From NCBI GenBank assembly GCA_038044925.1, contig JBBSZC010000006.1:1-57985 (forward strand): DNA of 57,985 nt. Direction: 5' to 3'. Position numbers and translations under genes: made by a program. The notes beneath the pieces are model-generated. The model saw only the letters and a list, made by a program, of their open reading frames with translations. It had not been told where the DNA came from and did not search any database. Below are positions 1 through 8,831 of the stretch, piece by piece. This DNA is from Nanobdellota archaeon (GTDB lineage Archaea; Nanobdellota; Nanobdellia; Pacearchaeales; GW2011-AR1). The first letter of the stretch is position 1. The number at the start of each line of letters is the position of its first letter.

Positions 1-107
1 GCCTTGACTATTGAGGGAAAGTCATACAATTTTGGTCAATTATTTACGACTTTCACTATAGTTAATTTATTTATGCAGTTATTTATTTTTAGTTATTTTA
101 TATATTA

Positions 108-1316
108 TTAACTTGAAGAAATTATCTTGTAAACTTCATCGTTTTTTCTTGCTTGTTTTGGAAGTTTTATCCCTATTTCCTGGCCTTTAATGGCTTTTTC
201 AACTGGCTTGTTTTTTATTTCCATTGAAGTTATCTCTGTATTGATGATTCCTGTTTTATCTCCTATAATGCAGATTTTTTCTCCTTTTTTTATAGAATTA
301 TTTAATTGAATCGTTGCAACACTTATTTTTGGAAAGAAATGTCTTATTTTTCCTATGAATTCTTTTTTCTCTATTGCTGAAGAGTGTTCTATTTTTGAAA
401 AATCATCTGAAGTTGGAACACCAAGGTAAAACCCAGAAGAAAAACCCTTGTTATAGACTTTTTTTAATTCGTTTAAAGATTCATGTATTTCTTGTTTTGT
501 TAGTTTTTTGTCAAGGGATTTTCTATAGATTCTTACAACAATATCAACATATCTCGCATCTCTCCCTCTTCCTTCAATTTTAAAAGCTTTAATCCCTGCT
601 TGTTTTAATTTCTCTATAAAAGGCAGGGTGCAAAGGTCTTTGGCTGAAAATATTTTATTATTTTCTATTTCTAGTTCATAGTCTTCTTGCTTGTCTCTTG
701 CTTTAAAGACTTGATAAGATCTTCTGCATGGATGCAGACATTCTCCTCTATTTGCAGATTTATTAAATAGGAATTGAGAAGTAAAGCATCTTCCTGAAAG
801 TGCAATGCACATTGCTCCATGAATAAAAGTTTCAACCTCTATTATTTTTGATATCTTTTTTATCTGTTTTAGATTTAATTCTCTAGCGAGTATTATTCTC
901 TTGGCTCCGAATTTTTTGTAGAATTCTGCTGTTTTAGAATTTGCAACAGAAGCCTGTGTGGATATGAAAAATGGAATTTTGTTTTTCTTGCATAATTCAG
1001 CAACAGACAAATCCCAGCAAATTACCGCATCAACTTTATTTTTTACTTGTTTAAGGATTTTTTCTATTTTCCTTATTTCCTCGTCGTAAATTATAGTATT
1101 AAGAGTGAGATAGATTTTTACTTTTCTTCCATTTAAGCCCCTATTGCAGGTGTTTCTTATTTCTTTTAAGTCTGAAATTTTGAAATTTTTAGCATTTGCA
1201 CGCATTGAAAATTCCCCTAATCCAAGATAAACTGCATCTGCTCCTGCATTTACAGCTGCTGCTAACATTGAGAAATTTCCCGCAGGCGCTAATAATTCGT
1301 ATTTTTGTTTTGCCAT
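108..1316 (-). CDS. Peptidase U32 family (collagenase-like) protein
   Basis: N-terminus MAKQKYELLAPAGN..AAVNAGADAVYLG and a Cys-rich central region match the U32 pattern. The ORF-track extension to 1367 translates the upstream repeat element, so the start is set at ATG 1316. Confidence 0.8.
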   Translation of the reverse strand: MAKQKYELLAPAGNFSMLAAAVNAGADAVYLGLGEFSMRANAKNFKISDLKEIRNTCNRGLNGRKVKIYLTLNTIIYDEEIRKIEKILKQVKNKVDAVICWDLSVAELCKKNKIPFFISTQASVANSKTAEFYKKFGAKRIILARELNLKQIKKISKIIEVETFIHGAMCIALSGRCFTSQFLFNKSANRGECLHPCRRSYQVFKARDKQEDYELEIENNKIFSAKDLCTLPFIEKLKQAGIKAFKIEGRGRDARYVDIVVRIYRKSLDKKLTKQEIHESLNELKKVYNKGFSSGFYLGVPTSDDFSKIEHSSAIEKKEFIGKIRHFFPKISVATIQLNNSIKKGEKICIIGDKTGIINTEITSMEIKNKPVEKAIKGQEIGIKLPKQARKNDEVYKIISSS

Positions 1317-1319
1317 AAT

Positions 1320-1449
1320 GTCAAGAATCACCAATCTTTGATTGGTGGTATGAAGATGGCCACCCAATCATTTTGGTTCTTGAGCACATTCAGAATTCCA
1401 CGAGTGGTTTAACCACTCGTCAATAGACAAGTGGAATTCTGATGTTTAA
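1320..1449 (+). repeat. Structured intergenic repeat, type A, copy 1
   Basis: gtcaagaat-hairpin(caccaatc/gattggtg)-linker-ggttcttgagcac-att-cagaattccacgagtgg..gtggaattctg-atgtttaa. Homologous to the copies at 31529-31655 and 37590-37724. Confidence 0.8.
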
Positions 1450-1583
1450 GAAGAATGGGTTTTGAGTTTAAAAAACTTACAAAAATGGCTCATGATAGAT
1501 TTAAAAAGCCAAAAAACATAAAAATTTTAGCATATAGGAATTTAACTATTTCTGATGCGTAATTAAATTGAAGGAGTTCAAAA

Positions 1584-1760
1584 ATGAACAACGATGGCGG
1601 CTTCAGAAGAGGCCCAAGAAGGGACTTTGGTCCTAGAGAAATGCACAAGGCAGTTTGTTCCGAATGTAAGCAAGAATGCGAGGTTCCATTCAAGCCTACA
1701 GAAGGAAAACCAGTTTATTGCAAAGATTGTTATGCGAAGAAAAAGCCTAGAAGATTTTAA
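1584..1760 (+). CDS. Small CxxC-x17-CxxC zinc-ribbon protein (58 aa)
   Basis: Not in the ORF track because it is under 60 aa. Sequence MNNDGGFRRGPRRDFGPREMHKAVCSECKQECEVPFKPTEGKPVYCKDCYAKKKPRRF. An aaggag lies about 8 nt upstream. The spacing is exactly CxxC-17-CxxC, as in the known CxxC-x17-CxxC domain family. Confidence 0.65.
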   Translation: MNNDGGFRRGPRRDFGPREMHKAVCSECKQECEVPFKPTEGKPVYCKDCYAKKKPRRF

Positions 1761-1807
1761 TTAAAGGCATTATTTTAGTATAAGCACTATTATTCTTTTT
1801 TTATATT

Positions 1808-3010
1808 TTATTTATTATTTTTTCTCTTTTCAACTATGTTCTTAACTTTAAAAGAAGTTAGGAAAAAGAAGAACATAAAAAATGCAAAAATTAAGAAAAT
1901 GTACCTGAAGGGTAGGAAAATTAAAAGAGTTGCTGAGAGTATTCTTCCTGTAAAATGATTAGTTTCTATTGCAGTATTGTAAGGGGGGTAAAATCTGACT
2001 TCATCTTTTCCTTTAACAATATGAAAGAAATAAGCTTCTACTGTTGATTCTATCATTGATAATCCCACACTTGCAAGCACTAACAAACCCATAACAAAAA
2101 AGATATTATTTGTAAAAAAACAAGCTAGAGACAATACAGCCGGAATTAAAAAACCTATTTTGAATACTTTCTTAAACCCATGTTTGCCTGTATATTTTGA
2201 AGCAGAATATGTAAATAATATTAATGGGATAGAAACTGCAAAAAGGAAAAATCCTATCCATTTTTCATGCAAACCGCTTTTTATTATATATAATGGCATG
2301 AATAAATAAATTAATGTCCACCAGAAGCTTACACCTCCCCCAACTATATATGCGATTACTCTCTCTTTTTTTCTAAAGAAATCTATAAAATTTTTTATTG
2401 GATTTTCATCTGCCTTCTTTTTAATATTTATATCTTTTATATTTGAAATTTTAAACAAAAATAAAGAGCATAATATAAACACAGCAGCAATCAAGAATAT
2501 GCTGCTTATGCCTATTTCTTCTGAAATATAGCCGGCAATCAAGGGCCCTACAACCCAGGAAATATTCATAAAAGTGTAATTTAATCCTTCATTTCTAGAT
2601 AAGTATTTTTCGTTTGATTTATCCCTTATTATTATTCCAAAAGAAGTTATTCTAAATGTAAAAAGGATTGTCGTTATTAATGCAAGTAAAATAAAAATAT
2701 ATAGGTTTTTATTTATCGCAAATAAGACATAAGAAATTGCAAATAAAATCAAGCTAATTGCATATATTTTAGATTTGCTTATCCTTTCTATTACAGGTAT
2801 AATTGTGAAATATGAGATAAAAGAAACTAGAGTTAAAAATGCTGAAAAATAACCCACCAAAACTATGCTATTAAAAAAACTATTCATATAAACTGACCAT
2901 ATAGTGTCTACTATAGAAGACGCTAAAGAAGTTATGAGTGTAATAACCGCTAGTTTTCCTACGCCGGTTAAGTGCAGATATTCCCCTTTTTTTCTAAGCA
3001 AAACGCTCAT
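1808..3010 (-). CDS. MFS-type transporter
   Basis: 400 aa with about 12 hydrophobic segments and a basic central loop; typical major facilitator layout. Confidence 0.7.
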   Translation of the reverse strand: MSVLLRKKGEYLHLTGVGKLAVITLITSLASSIVDTIWSVYMNSFFNSIVLVGYFSAFLTLVSFISYFTIIPVIERISKSKIYAISLILFAISYVLFAINKNLYIFILLALITTILFTFRITSFGIIIRDKSNEKYLSRNEGLNYTFMNISWVVGPLIAGYISEEIGISSIFLIAAVFILCSLFLFKISNIKDINIKKKADENPIKNFIDFFRKKERVIAYIVGGGVSFWWTLIYLFMPLYIIKSGLHEKWIGFFLFAVSIPLILFTYSASKYTGKHGFKKVFKIGFLIPAVLSLACFFTNNIFFVMGLLVLASVGLSMIESTVEAYFFHIVKGKDEVRFYPPYNTAIETNHFTGRILSATLLIFLPFRYIFLIFAFFMFFFFLTSFKVKNIVEKRKNNK

Positions 3011-3124
3011 AATAGATATAGGTTAGATAAGTTTAAAAATCTTGTTTAACGAGTATTTTTATGACAGCTAAAATTTGTCGGCATTTTTTCAAATAAGCAA
3101 TATTTTTTTAGCTGTGCGAATTCT

Positions 3125-3141
3125 GGAAAGGCTTTTAAGTA
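3125..3141 (+). promoter_or_regulatory. Putative archaeal BRE/TATA promoter for tRNA-His
   Basis: ggaaaggcttttaagta lies about 30 nt upstream of the tRNA 5' end. Confidence 0.4.
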
Positions 3142-3169
3142 TTGTTTTTCTATATTAAATTATAAATAT

Positions 3170-3241
3170 GGCGATTGTAGTTTAACGGTAGAACGTGTGA
3201 CTGTGGCTCGCAAGACGAGGGTTCAACTCCCTCCTTTCGCC
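3170..3241 (+). tRNA. tRNA-His (GUG) with encoded G-1
   Basis: Hand fold: G-1, acceptor gcgattg/ctttcgc, D arm gttt-aacggta-gaac, anticodon arm tgtga-ctGTGgc-tcgca, T arm gaggg-ttcaact-ccctc, discriminator C. Two U-U mismatches in the acceptor stem lower confidence. Confidence 0.7.
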
Positions 3242-3272
3242 CTCAATAGTTTAAAAAAAAGAGATTAAGATT

Positions 3273-3677
3273 ATGAGAGTTTTATTTGTATGCAAACACA
3301 ATAGATTTAGAAGCAAAATAGCTGAAGCTGCTTTTAAAAAGATAAATAAGAATAAAAATCTTAAAGTTTCAAGTGCTGGTGTTTTTAAGGGATTTCCCAC
3401 AGAAAATATAGTAGTTAAAATAGGGAATAAATTTGGATTAAAAATACCAAAAAAAACTAAAGGATTAATAGAGAAAGAAATTTATAAGGTTGATTTACTA
3501 ATTATAACTGCAAATGATGTTCCTGCATCTTTATTTAAAAATAAAGTCAAAAAAATCATTGTTTGGAAAATTCCAGACACTAGTCAAAATAATATAAGGA
3601 AGATAGAAGAAATAATCAGAATAATAATTAAAAAGGTTGATAAATTGGTTTATCAATTAAATAGGAGGAGAAAATAA
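3273..3677 (+). CDS. Low-molecular-weight phosphotyrosine phosphatase / ArsC-family protein
   Basis: N-terminal VLFVCKHNRFRS gives the CX5R(S) P-loop; size is 134 aa. Confidence 0.75.
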   Translation: MRVLFVCKHNRFRSKIAEAAFKKINKNKNLKVSSAGVFKGFPTENIVVKIGNKFGLKIPKKTKGLIEKEIYKVDLLIITANDVPASLFKNKVKKIIVWKIPDTSQNNIRKIEEIIRIIIKKVDKLVYQLNRRRK

Positions 3678-3798
3678 TGCAATTGCAAAACATAGGCTGT
3701 ATCTTCACACAGAATAGTAATAATATTTTGCAAACAAAGAAAATTTCTAAAAGAAATTTTCTAGCATTAAATTTCCAAAAATATGGAGGAAATTTAAT

Positions 3799-4998
3799 AT
3801 GATAGAATTAGTAAAAGGATTTAGAGATGTTTTGCCTCCAGAATCATTGAAGAGGGCAAAAATCAGAGAAGTAATTGAAAAGAACTTTAAGTTATTTGGA
3901 TTTATCCCTATTGAGACTCCTAGCTTAGAGTATGAAAGTTTTGCTAAAGGAGATAATGAAAAAGATTCTGCTGTCTCTGATATGTTTAAACTAAAAGACA
4001 GAGGAAACAGAGAACTTGCATTGAGATATGAATTCACTTTCCAATTGCAGAGATTATTCAAAGAAAATCCCAATATAAAACTCCCTTTTAGAAGATACCA
4101 GATTGGATATGTTTTCAGAGACGAGCCAGTTGAAAAAGATAGATACAGAGAGTTTATCCAGTGTGATGCGGACATAATGGGGGATGCAAGCATAAATGCA
4201 GAGGCAGAGTTCCTGGCTTTGGCTGATAAAATATGCAAAGAATTAAAGATAAAATATGCTCTTAAAATAAATAATAGAAAGATTTTAGACGAGATATTTG
4301 AAAATTTAGAGATAATTGATAAAAATAATGTTTTGAGAGAGATAGACAAACTTGGAAAAATCGGAGAAGATGAGGTTAAGAAAAATCTGACAAAATATGC
4401 TGATAAAGAGCAGATTATTAAATTGTTTAAATTGCTTGGAGGAGATTTAAAGTTTTTTCTTGAACAGGAATATGCTGGAGCAAAAGAATTAGATGAACTT
4501 TTAAAATTATTAAAAATCTATAATATAAAAGCAGAGTTTTCTCCTTTTTTGGCGAGAGGATTTTCGTATTATACTGGAATTGTATTTGAAGCTTATTCAG
4601 AAGAAATAAAAGGCTCTATTTTTGCCGGAGGAAGATTTGATAATTTGGTTGGAAAATATATCAACAGGCAGGTTTCTGCTGTTGGAATTTCTTTAGGAAG
4701 AATTTTGGATTACCCTATAGAGAATCCTGAAAGTGCAAAATATCTTTTAATTTCAATAAATCAAGATAAGAAAACTGTTGAATTGATGAAAAACTTAAGA
4801 GAAAAAGGAATTTCTTGCTTGATGACAGATAAAATCAGCAGAGGTTTGGACTTTGCAAATAGCTATAATATTCCCTATGTTATTTTTGTTGGAGACGAAG
4901 AAGCAAGAAAGGGGAAGTTCAAATTGAAAAATATGAAATCAGGCAGAGAGAAGTTAGTTAGGGAGAAGGAATTAATAAAGTTAGAGAAAAATATATAA
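3799..4998 (+). CDS. hisS: Histidyl-tRNA synthetase
   Basis: GFRDVLPPE, RYEFTFQLQR and FRDEPVEKDRYREFIQCDADIMG are class II HisRS motifs. A ggagg lies 10 nt upstream. Confidence 0.9.
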   Translation: MIELVKGFRDVLPPESLKRAKIREVIEKNFKLFGFIPIETPSLEYESFAKGDNEKDSAVSDMFKLKDRGNRELALRYEFTFQLQRLFKENPNIKLPFRRYQIGYVFRDEPVEKDRYREFIQCDADIMGDASINAEAEFLALADKICKELKIKYALKINNRKILDEIFENLEIIDKNNVLREIDKLGKIGEDEVKKNLTKYADKEQIIKLFKLLGGDLKFFLEQEYAGAKELDELLKLLKIYNIKAEFSPFLARGFSYYTGIVFEAYSEEIKGSIFAGGRFDNLVGKYINRQVSAVGISLGRILDYPIENPESAKYLLISINQDKKTVELMKNLREKGISCLMTDKISRGLDFANSYNIPYVIFVGDEEARKGKFKLKNMKSGREKLVREKELIKLEKNI

Positions 4999-5020
4999 GT
5001 AATAATACCTTTGAAAAATT

Positions 5021-5293
5021 ATGAAAAAGAGGATGAGCTTTTGGGATATTCTTGCATGGATTGTTCTATTTTTGATATTAATATGGTTGATATTGAAAGG
5101 TTTTGGATTGATAAAAACTCCTATTTTAATTGAATACGCCCCTTATTTTGGAGCTGTATATTTAGTAGGATGGGCTATGCATAAACTTGACATTGCTGTT
5201 GAAGATATAAAAGATTTAAAGACCTTTAAAAAAGAGACTATAGATGAAATAAATAGCATAAAAATGAATTGTGTAAAAAATCATAAAAAATAG
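5021..5293 (+). CDS. Hypothetical small membrane protein
   Basis: Two hydrophobic helices followed by a charged tail; no recognisable family. Confidence 0.45.
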   Translation: MKKRMSFWDILAWIVLFLILIWLILKGFGLIKTPILIEYAPYFGAVYLVGWAMHKLDIAVEDIKDLKTFKKETIDEINSIKMNCVKNHKK

Positions 5294-5971
5294 CTATTCT
5301 ACTTTAATCTCCATTTTCCAGGAATGTTTTTCCCCTGAGATTTTAAAACCTTTAAGTTTTAATGGCTTTTTGAATAAAGGGCAATTTAATACAAATGTTT
5401 CAAACTCTCCACCCTCTCCTGCAGGATGGATGTTGTATTTTTCCTTTAGAACTTTTACATTTTCTATAAAAGTTTTGTCTATTTTTTTGCCCAGCCATTT
5501 TTCATCTAAAGGGTATGCAAAAACTCCTATGATAATTATATCAAATTTGTTTTTTATTAATTCTTCAAGATATTCTATTTCATTTCTATGCCATAAGGGA
5601 TTAAAGCATGCTAATTTTAATTCTTCGCAGATTTTTTGTATCCGCGATGCCTGATAAATAGAGTGCAGGGCTCCTGTAACAATCCCTTGGATTTTATATT
5701 TCTTTTTTGCTCTCTCTATCGCTTCTTTCAAGTCTTTGAGTTCTTCTTCTTTTTTTCCTTCAGTTTTATGAAACATTATTGGAATATCCATAACTCTGGC
5801 CTGTTTTTTTGTTTTTTCTATAGAGGGTGTGTGAAACATGTAAGATTCTGGATTTTTTGAGAGGATTGAGATTAAACAAGTTAATTCGTGTTTCTGCTTT
5901 TTAGCAAGATAAGCAGAATAAGTTGAATCTTTTCCGCCTGAAAATAAAACTCCGAGCTTCATTTTATTCAA
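5294..5971 (-). CDS. Dph6-like ATP-binding (PP-loop) protein, MJ0570 family (diphthine-ammonia ligase-like)
   Basis: LFSGGKDST PP-loop and the C-terminal GEGGEFETFV motif. Confidence 0.75.
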   Translation of the reverse strand: MNKMKLGVLFSGGKDSTYSAYLAKKQKHELTCLISILSKNPESYMFHTPSIEKTKKQARVMDIPIMFHKTEGKKEEELKDLKEAIERAKKKYKIQGIVTGALHSIYQASRIQKICEELKLACFNPLWHRNEIEYLEELIKNKFDIIIIGVFAYPLDEKWLGKKIDKTFIENVKVLKEKYNIHPAGEGGEFETFVLNCPLFKKPLKLKGFKISGEKHSWKMEIKVE

Positions 5972-6914
5972 ACATTTCTGCTAAAGGATTTTCAAAATCT
6001 TTGCTTAATTTTTTAATTCTTTTTTCTATTTCTTTACTGTCTTTTGAGTTTTCTTGATTCTCCTCAAATTCTTCTGCTCCTTCTAGTTCTTCCAATTCTC
6101 TTTCAATTTCATGCCTTAAGCCAGCGAATGGGTCTGGATTATTTTGAAAATAAACGTCTTTTAACCAGATATAAATTTCATGAAAATGAGCTTCTTGGTC
6201 AAGCCATATTTTTTTCTGACTTTCCAGCTGAAGGAGAGGAAGAAAGGAGATTATTTTTTCTTCTCGGTCTGTTCCTATTAAATCTGTATAAGAAACTTTT
6301 TGTTTTTTCTTTTCATCTAAATGAGTTGTTAATCTTAAGTATATTTCTTTTATTTTGTTTTTTATACTGAATTTTCCTTTAGGCATGGAAATTGCTGTTT
6401 CTCTTAAAGCATTTTGATTTATTATTTCTTTTTTTATTCTTCTGTTTTCTGTGGATATTGCCTGATTTAAGGAATCCATGAGTTCTTTTATAGTAACTTT
6501 CCTCATACGAGGAATAGGGCTTCTTGGTATTAATTCTGGGATTTCTTCATCTAGCTCTATTCTTTCTAAGATTCTTTTTGGATCAGGGGCTTTTTTTCCA
6601 AATAAAATCTCATCTATGCTTCTTATGTATTTATTCAATAAAATTTCTGATTTTAGTCTTAATAATAATGCTGCTGCAAGTAGGACTTTACTAGAAACAA
6701 AGAAATCTGCTTCTTCTAATTCCTGTATTTTCTTTAAATACCTGTCACTTAGAACTATGATATTAATATCCCATGGGTCTAATTGTTCTGTGTTGATTAA
6801 ATCATAAATTATTTCCTGCCAGCCTAGTTCTCTGCTGAAGAGCAAATCATGAATCTGCTCCTGTTTTACATTGTTTTTTGGTTTTCCCTCATTTTTTATA
6901 TTTTCATCTGTCAT
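5964..6914 (-). CDS. scpA: Segregation and condensation protein A (kleisin)
   Basis: LDPWDINIIVLSDRYLKKI..ADFFVSSKVLLAAALLLRLKSE is the typical ScpA N-terminal domain. Overlaps the downstream gene by 8 nt. Confidence 0.75.
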   Translation of the reverse strand: MTDENIKNEGKPKNNVKQEQIHDLLFSRELGWQEIIYDLINTEQLDPWDINIIVLSDRYLKKIQELEEADFFVSSKVLLAAALLLRLKSEILLNKYIRSIDEILFGKKAPDPKRILERIELDEEIPELIPRSPIPRMRKVTIKELMDSLNQAISTENRRIKKEIINQNALRETAISMPKGKFSIKNKIKEIYLRLTTHLDEKKKQKVSYTDLIGTDREEKIISFLPLLQLESQKKIWLDQEAHFHEIYIWLKDVYFQNNPDPFAGLRHEIERELEELEGAEEFEENQENSKDSKEIEKRIKKLSKDFENPLAEMFE

Positions 6915-7125
6915 GCATCTTTAAACGAATTGATGTTTATAAAATATTTTAAGTTATATATTTATAATTTAAATGTAGTTGGTAAATAAGGTTATATGTA
7001 GTGGGTAAAAAGATATATTTATATAATTGGGATTTAAAGTATACCTGTAACTTTATAGTTAAGAGTCAAGGATTTATTACTACTTTTAACTAAATATCTT
7101 ACGTCATTTTCGAAGAGTAACATAA

Positions 7126-7142
7126 ACGAAAGGTTTAAATAG
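7126..7142 (+). promoter_or_regulatory. Strong BRE/TATA-like element (acgaaaggtttaaatag) with no downstream ORF
   Basis: Near-consensus archaeal promoter. An imperfect 20-bp hairpin (7177-7229) ending in a T-run follows. Confidence 0.35.
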
Positions 7143-7448
7143 TTGAGGGTTCTATATATATTATCACCTCTTTTTACCCAGGAGAGGCTTCAGGTTAACT
7201 GTTTTTTTGACTTGAATCCTCCCCCAGGGTTTTATCATTAAAGAGAATATTTACAATAAGTAAAAAAGTCGTGGAATAAGCATTTATTTTTTAGTACTTG
7301 CTCCCACGCATTATATTTTTATAATTTTTAAATAAGCTAGTAATTTATCAGAAAATTATTTCTTGCTTTCAAATAGTTGTTTAGCGTAATTCGGGCTGGC
7401 TCGTAGATAGCTTCAACTAAACTTGAAATCATAAAAAGAATTATATAG

Positions 7449-7775
7449 ATGGGAGATAATTCTAATACTATGAATTGGAAAGAATTTTTTAAACCAGATT
7501 TATTGAAAATTATTATTTTCTTAATATTATTGGTAGTATTATTGTTTATGCCGATAATACAAGGGATAAGTGTATCTCCATGCCAAATCCCCCCATGTCC
7601 CGAAGAAAAAATAGCTTACACTATGTTTCAATTATTGTTCCAAAGAAGTGGGTATGATCTATTTTATCAGTATACTTTAATTAATTCTTTAGTGTATATT
7701 TCTTTAATTATTATGTCATGTATTATTTCTTGCAGTGTTTACCGAATTTTAAAAAATAAAAAATTCTTTCCCTAA
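7449..7775 (+). CDS. Hypothetical membrane protein
   Basis: Hydrophobic segments only; no recognised family. Confidence 0.4.
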   Translation: MGDNSNTMNWKEFFKPDLLKIIIFLILLVVLLFMPIIQGISVSPCQIPPCPEEKIAYTMFQLLFQRSGYDLFYQYTLINSLVYISLIIMSCIISCSVYRILKNKKFFP

Positions 7776-7853
7776 CTAGTGAATCTCCTCTGTCATACTT
7801 TCTCAGCCCGCGGGCTTCTAACTTCTACCTATTTAATCTATTATTATTCATTA

Positions 7854-8066
7854 CTATTTGCTAGATATATTAAACTCGGAATAATGACATTTGCCGCAGT
7901 ATTTCCTGTCTTTAGATTCCATTAAAAAGACTCCTGGACCGCATCTCGGGCAGAATAAAGCAGTTCTCTTGATATTGTCACCTTCAATTTTATATTTAGA
8001 ATATTTCCTGCTAGTCTTTTTATTCCTATGGGGTTTTTTCCCCTGTTTTTCTCCTTTTTTTGCCAT
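7854..8066 (-). CDS. rps27ae: Ribosomal protein S27ae (eS31)
   Basis: CPRCGPGVFLMESKDRKYCGKCHY zinc ribbon with a basic N-terminus. Confidence 0.85.
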   Translation of the reverse strand: MAKKGEKQGKKPHRNKKTSRKYSKYKIEGDNIKRTALFCPRCGPGVFLMESKDRKYCGKCHYSEFNISSK

Positions 8067-8071
8067 TTTAT

Positions 8072-8293
8072 TTACGATACTATTTTATCATGGGGGATAT
8101 ATATAACTTTAATACCTCTTTTGTTACAATATTCCTCGTAGCTTATTGAAGTTAATACTCTTTCTTCCATATCCCATAAGATATCACATATTGCTTCATA
8201 ATATCCTTGAATATACTCTTTAGAATTATTTCTATTTTTTAATTCTCTTTCAATTCTTTCAAAGCAGACTTTTGCTAAATCTTTTTCTTCCAT
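8072..8293 (-). CDS. Hypothetical protein (73 aa) inserted between rps24e and rps27ae
   Basis: Tightly packed on the same strand (5-nt and 30-nt gaps); no recognisable family. Confidence 0.5.
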   Translation of the reverse strand: MEEKDLAKVCFERIERELKNRNNSKEYIQGYYEAICDILWDMEERVLTSISYEEYCNKRGIKVIYIPHDKIVS

Positions 8294-8323
8294 TTTAATC
8301 TGTTGCTAAACTTTCTATCTGTT

Positions 8324-8623
8324 TTATTTATTCTCCTTTTTTTCTTCTATTTTTTCTTTATCTTCTTGTTTATAAGTATTATCATATTTTTCTCTTGCTT
8401 CTTTTGTTTTGTATATATCAGCAGTTATTAAAAAACTATTTCTTCCAAATTTTCCTTTTATTTTATGAATTCTTATTTTTTCAGGAGTTGAGGAAAATTT
8501 TTCAGAGATTATTTCTATAGAATTTGAAATAGTCGGGGTATTGGACGATTCGATTAAAAATTTTATTTCTTTTCTTTCAAATAGGGGATTTTCCTTATTC
8601 TGTATTATTTTTATTTCAGTCAT
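8324..8623 (-). CDS. rps24e: Ribosomal protein S24e
   Basis: NPLFERKEIKF...TPS...KFGRNSFLITADIYKT pattern of eS24. Confidence 0.85.
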   Translation of the reverse strand: MTEIKIIQNKENPLFERKEIKFLIESSNTPTISNSIEIISEKFSSTPEKIRIHKIKGKFGRNSFLITADIYKTKEAREKYDNTYKQEDKEKIEEKKENK

Positions 8624-8630
8624 ATTAGGA

Positions 8631-8819
8631 TTATCTATTTTTAATTGCGAAATTTCCTTTTTTTGTCAGTTTTATTTTTTGCGCTATTTCTGATTTTTCT
8701 GGGTTCAAGACTATTATTCTTCCTTTGAAATTGTCTATTGATTCCTTGGAATCACAGTTAGGGCATTTGCTTCCTTCATATATCATCTTGCATATTTTAC
8801 ATGCTTTTTGTTTTGACAT
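8631..8819 (-). CDS. spt4: Transcription elongation factor Spt4 (RpoE2)
   Basis: 62 aa with a CKIC..CPNC zinc ribbon, located in the rpoE neighbourhood. Confidence 0.85.
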   Translation of the reverse strand: MSKQKACKICKMIYEGSKCPNCDSKESIDNFKGRIIVLNPEKSEIAQKIKLTKKGNFAIKNR

Positions 8820-8831
8820 TTTAATAATATT

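Noticed and set aside
1-35. gagggaaagtc resembling the RNase P RNA CR-I motif (GAGGAAAGUCC)
   Set aside because: Only this short motif matches. No other conserved RNase P regions are visible, a related copy with agggaaagac occurs at 57800, and the sequence is cut by the window edge. It is treated as a dispersed repeat instead.
1317-1367. 17-aa N-terminal extension of the U32 peptidase ORF
   Set aside because: The extension is the translation of the type A repeat element. The U32-like sequence starts at MAKQKYELL.
1490-1693. Minus-strand 67-aa ORF
   Set aside because: It is antisense to a much better plus-strand zinc-ribbon gene that has an SD-like site, and it has no recognisable features.
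3747-4349. Minus-strand 200-aa ORF
   Set aside because: Shadow ORF antisense to hisS.
7805-7816. GC-rich 12-bp palindrome agcccgcgggct between convergent genes, as a terminator
   Set aside because: It stands out in AT-rich DNA, but archaeal termination relies mainly on T-tracts. A single short palindrome is insufficient to call a feature.
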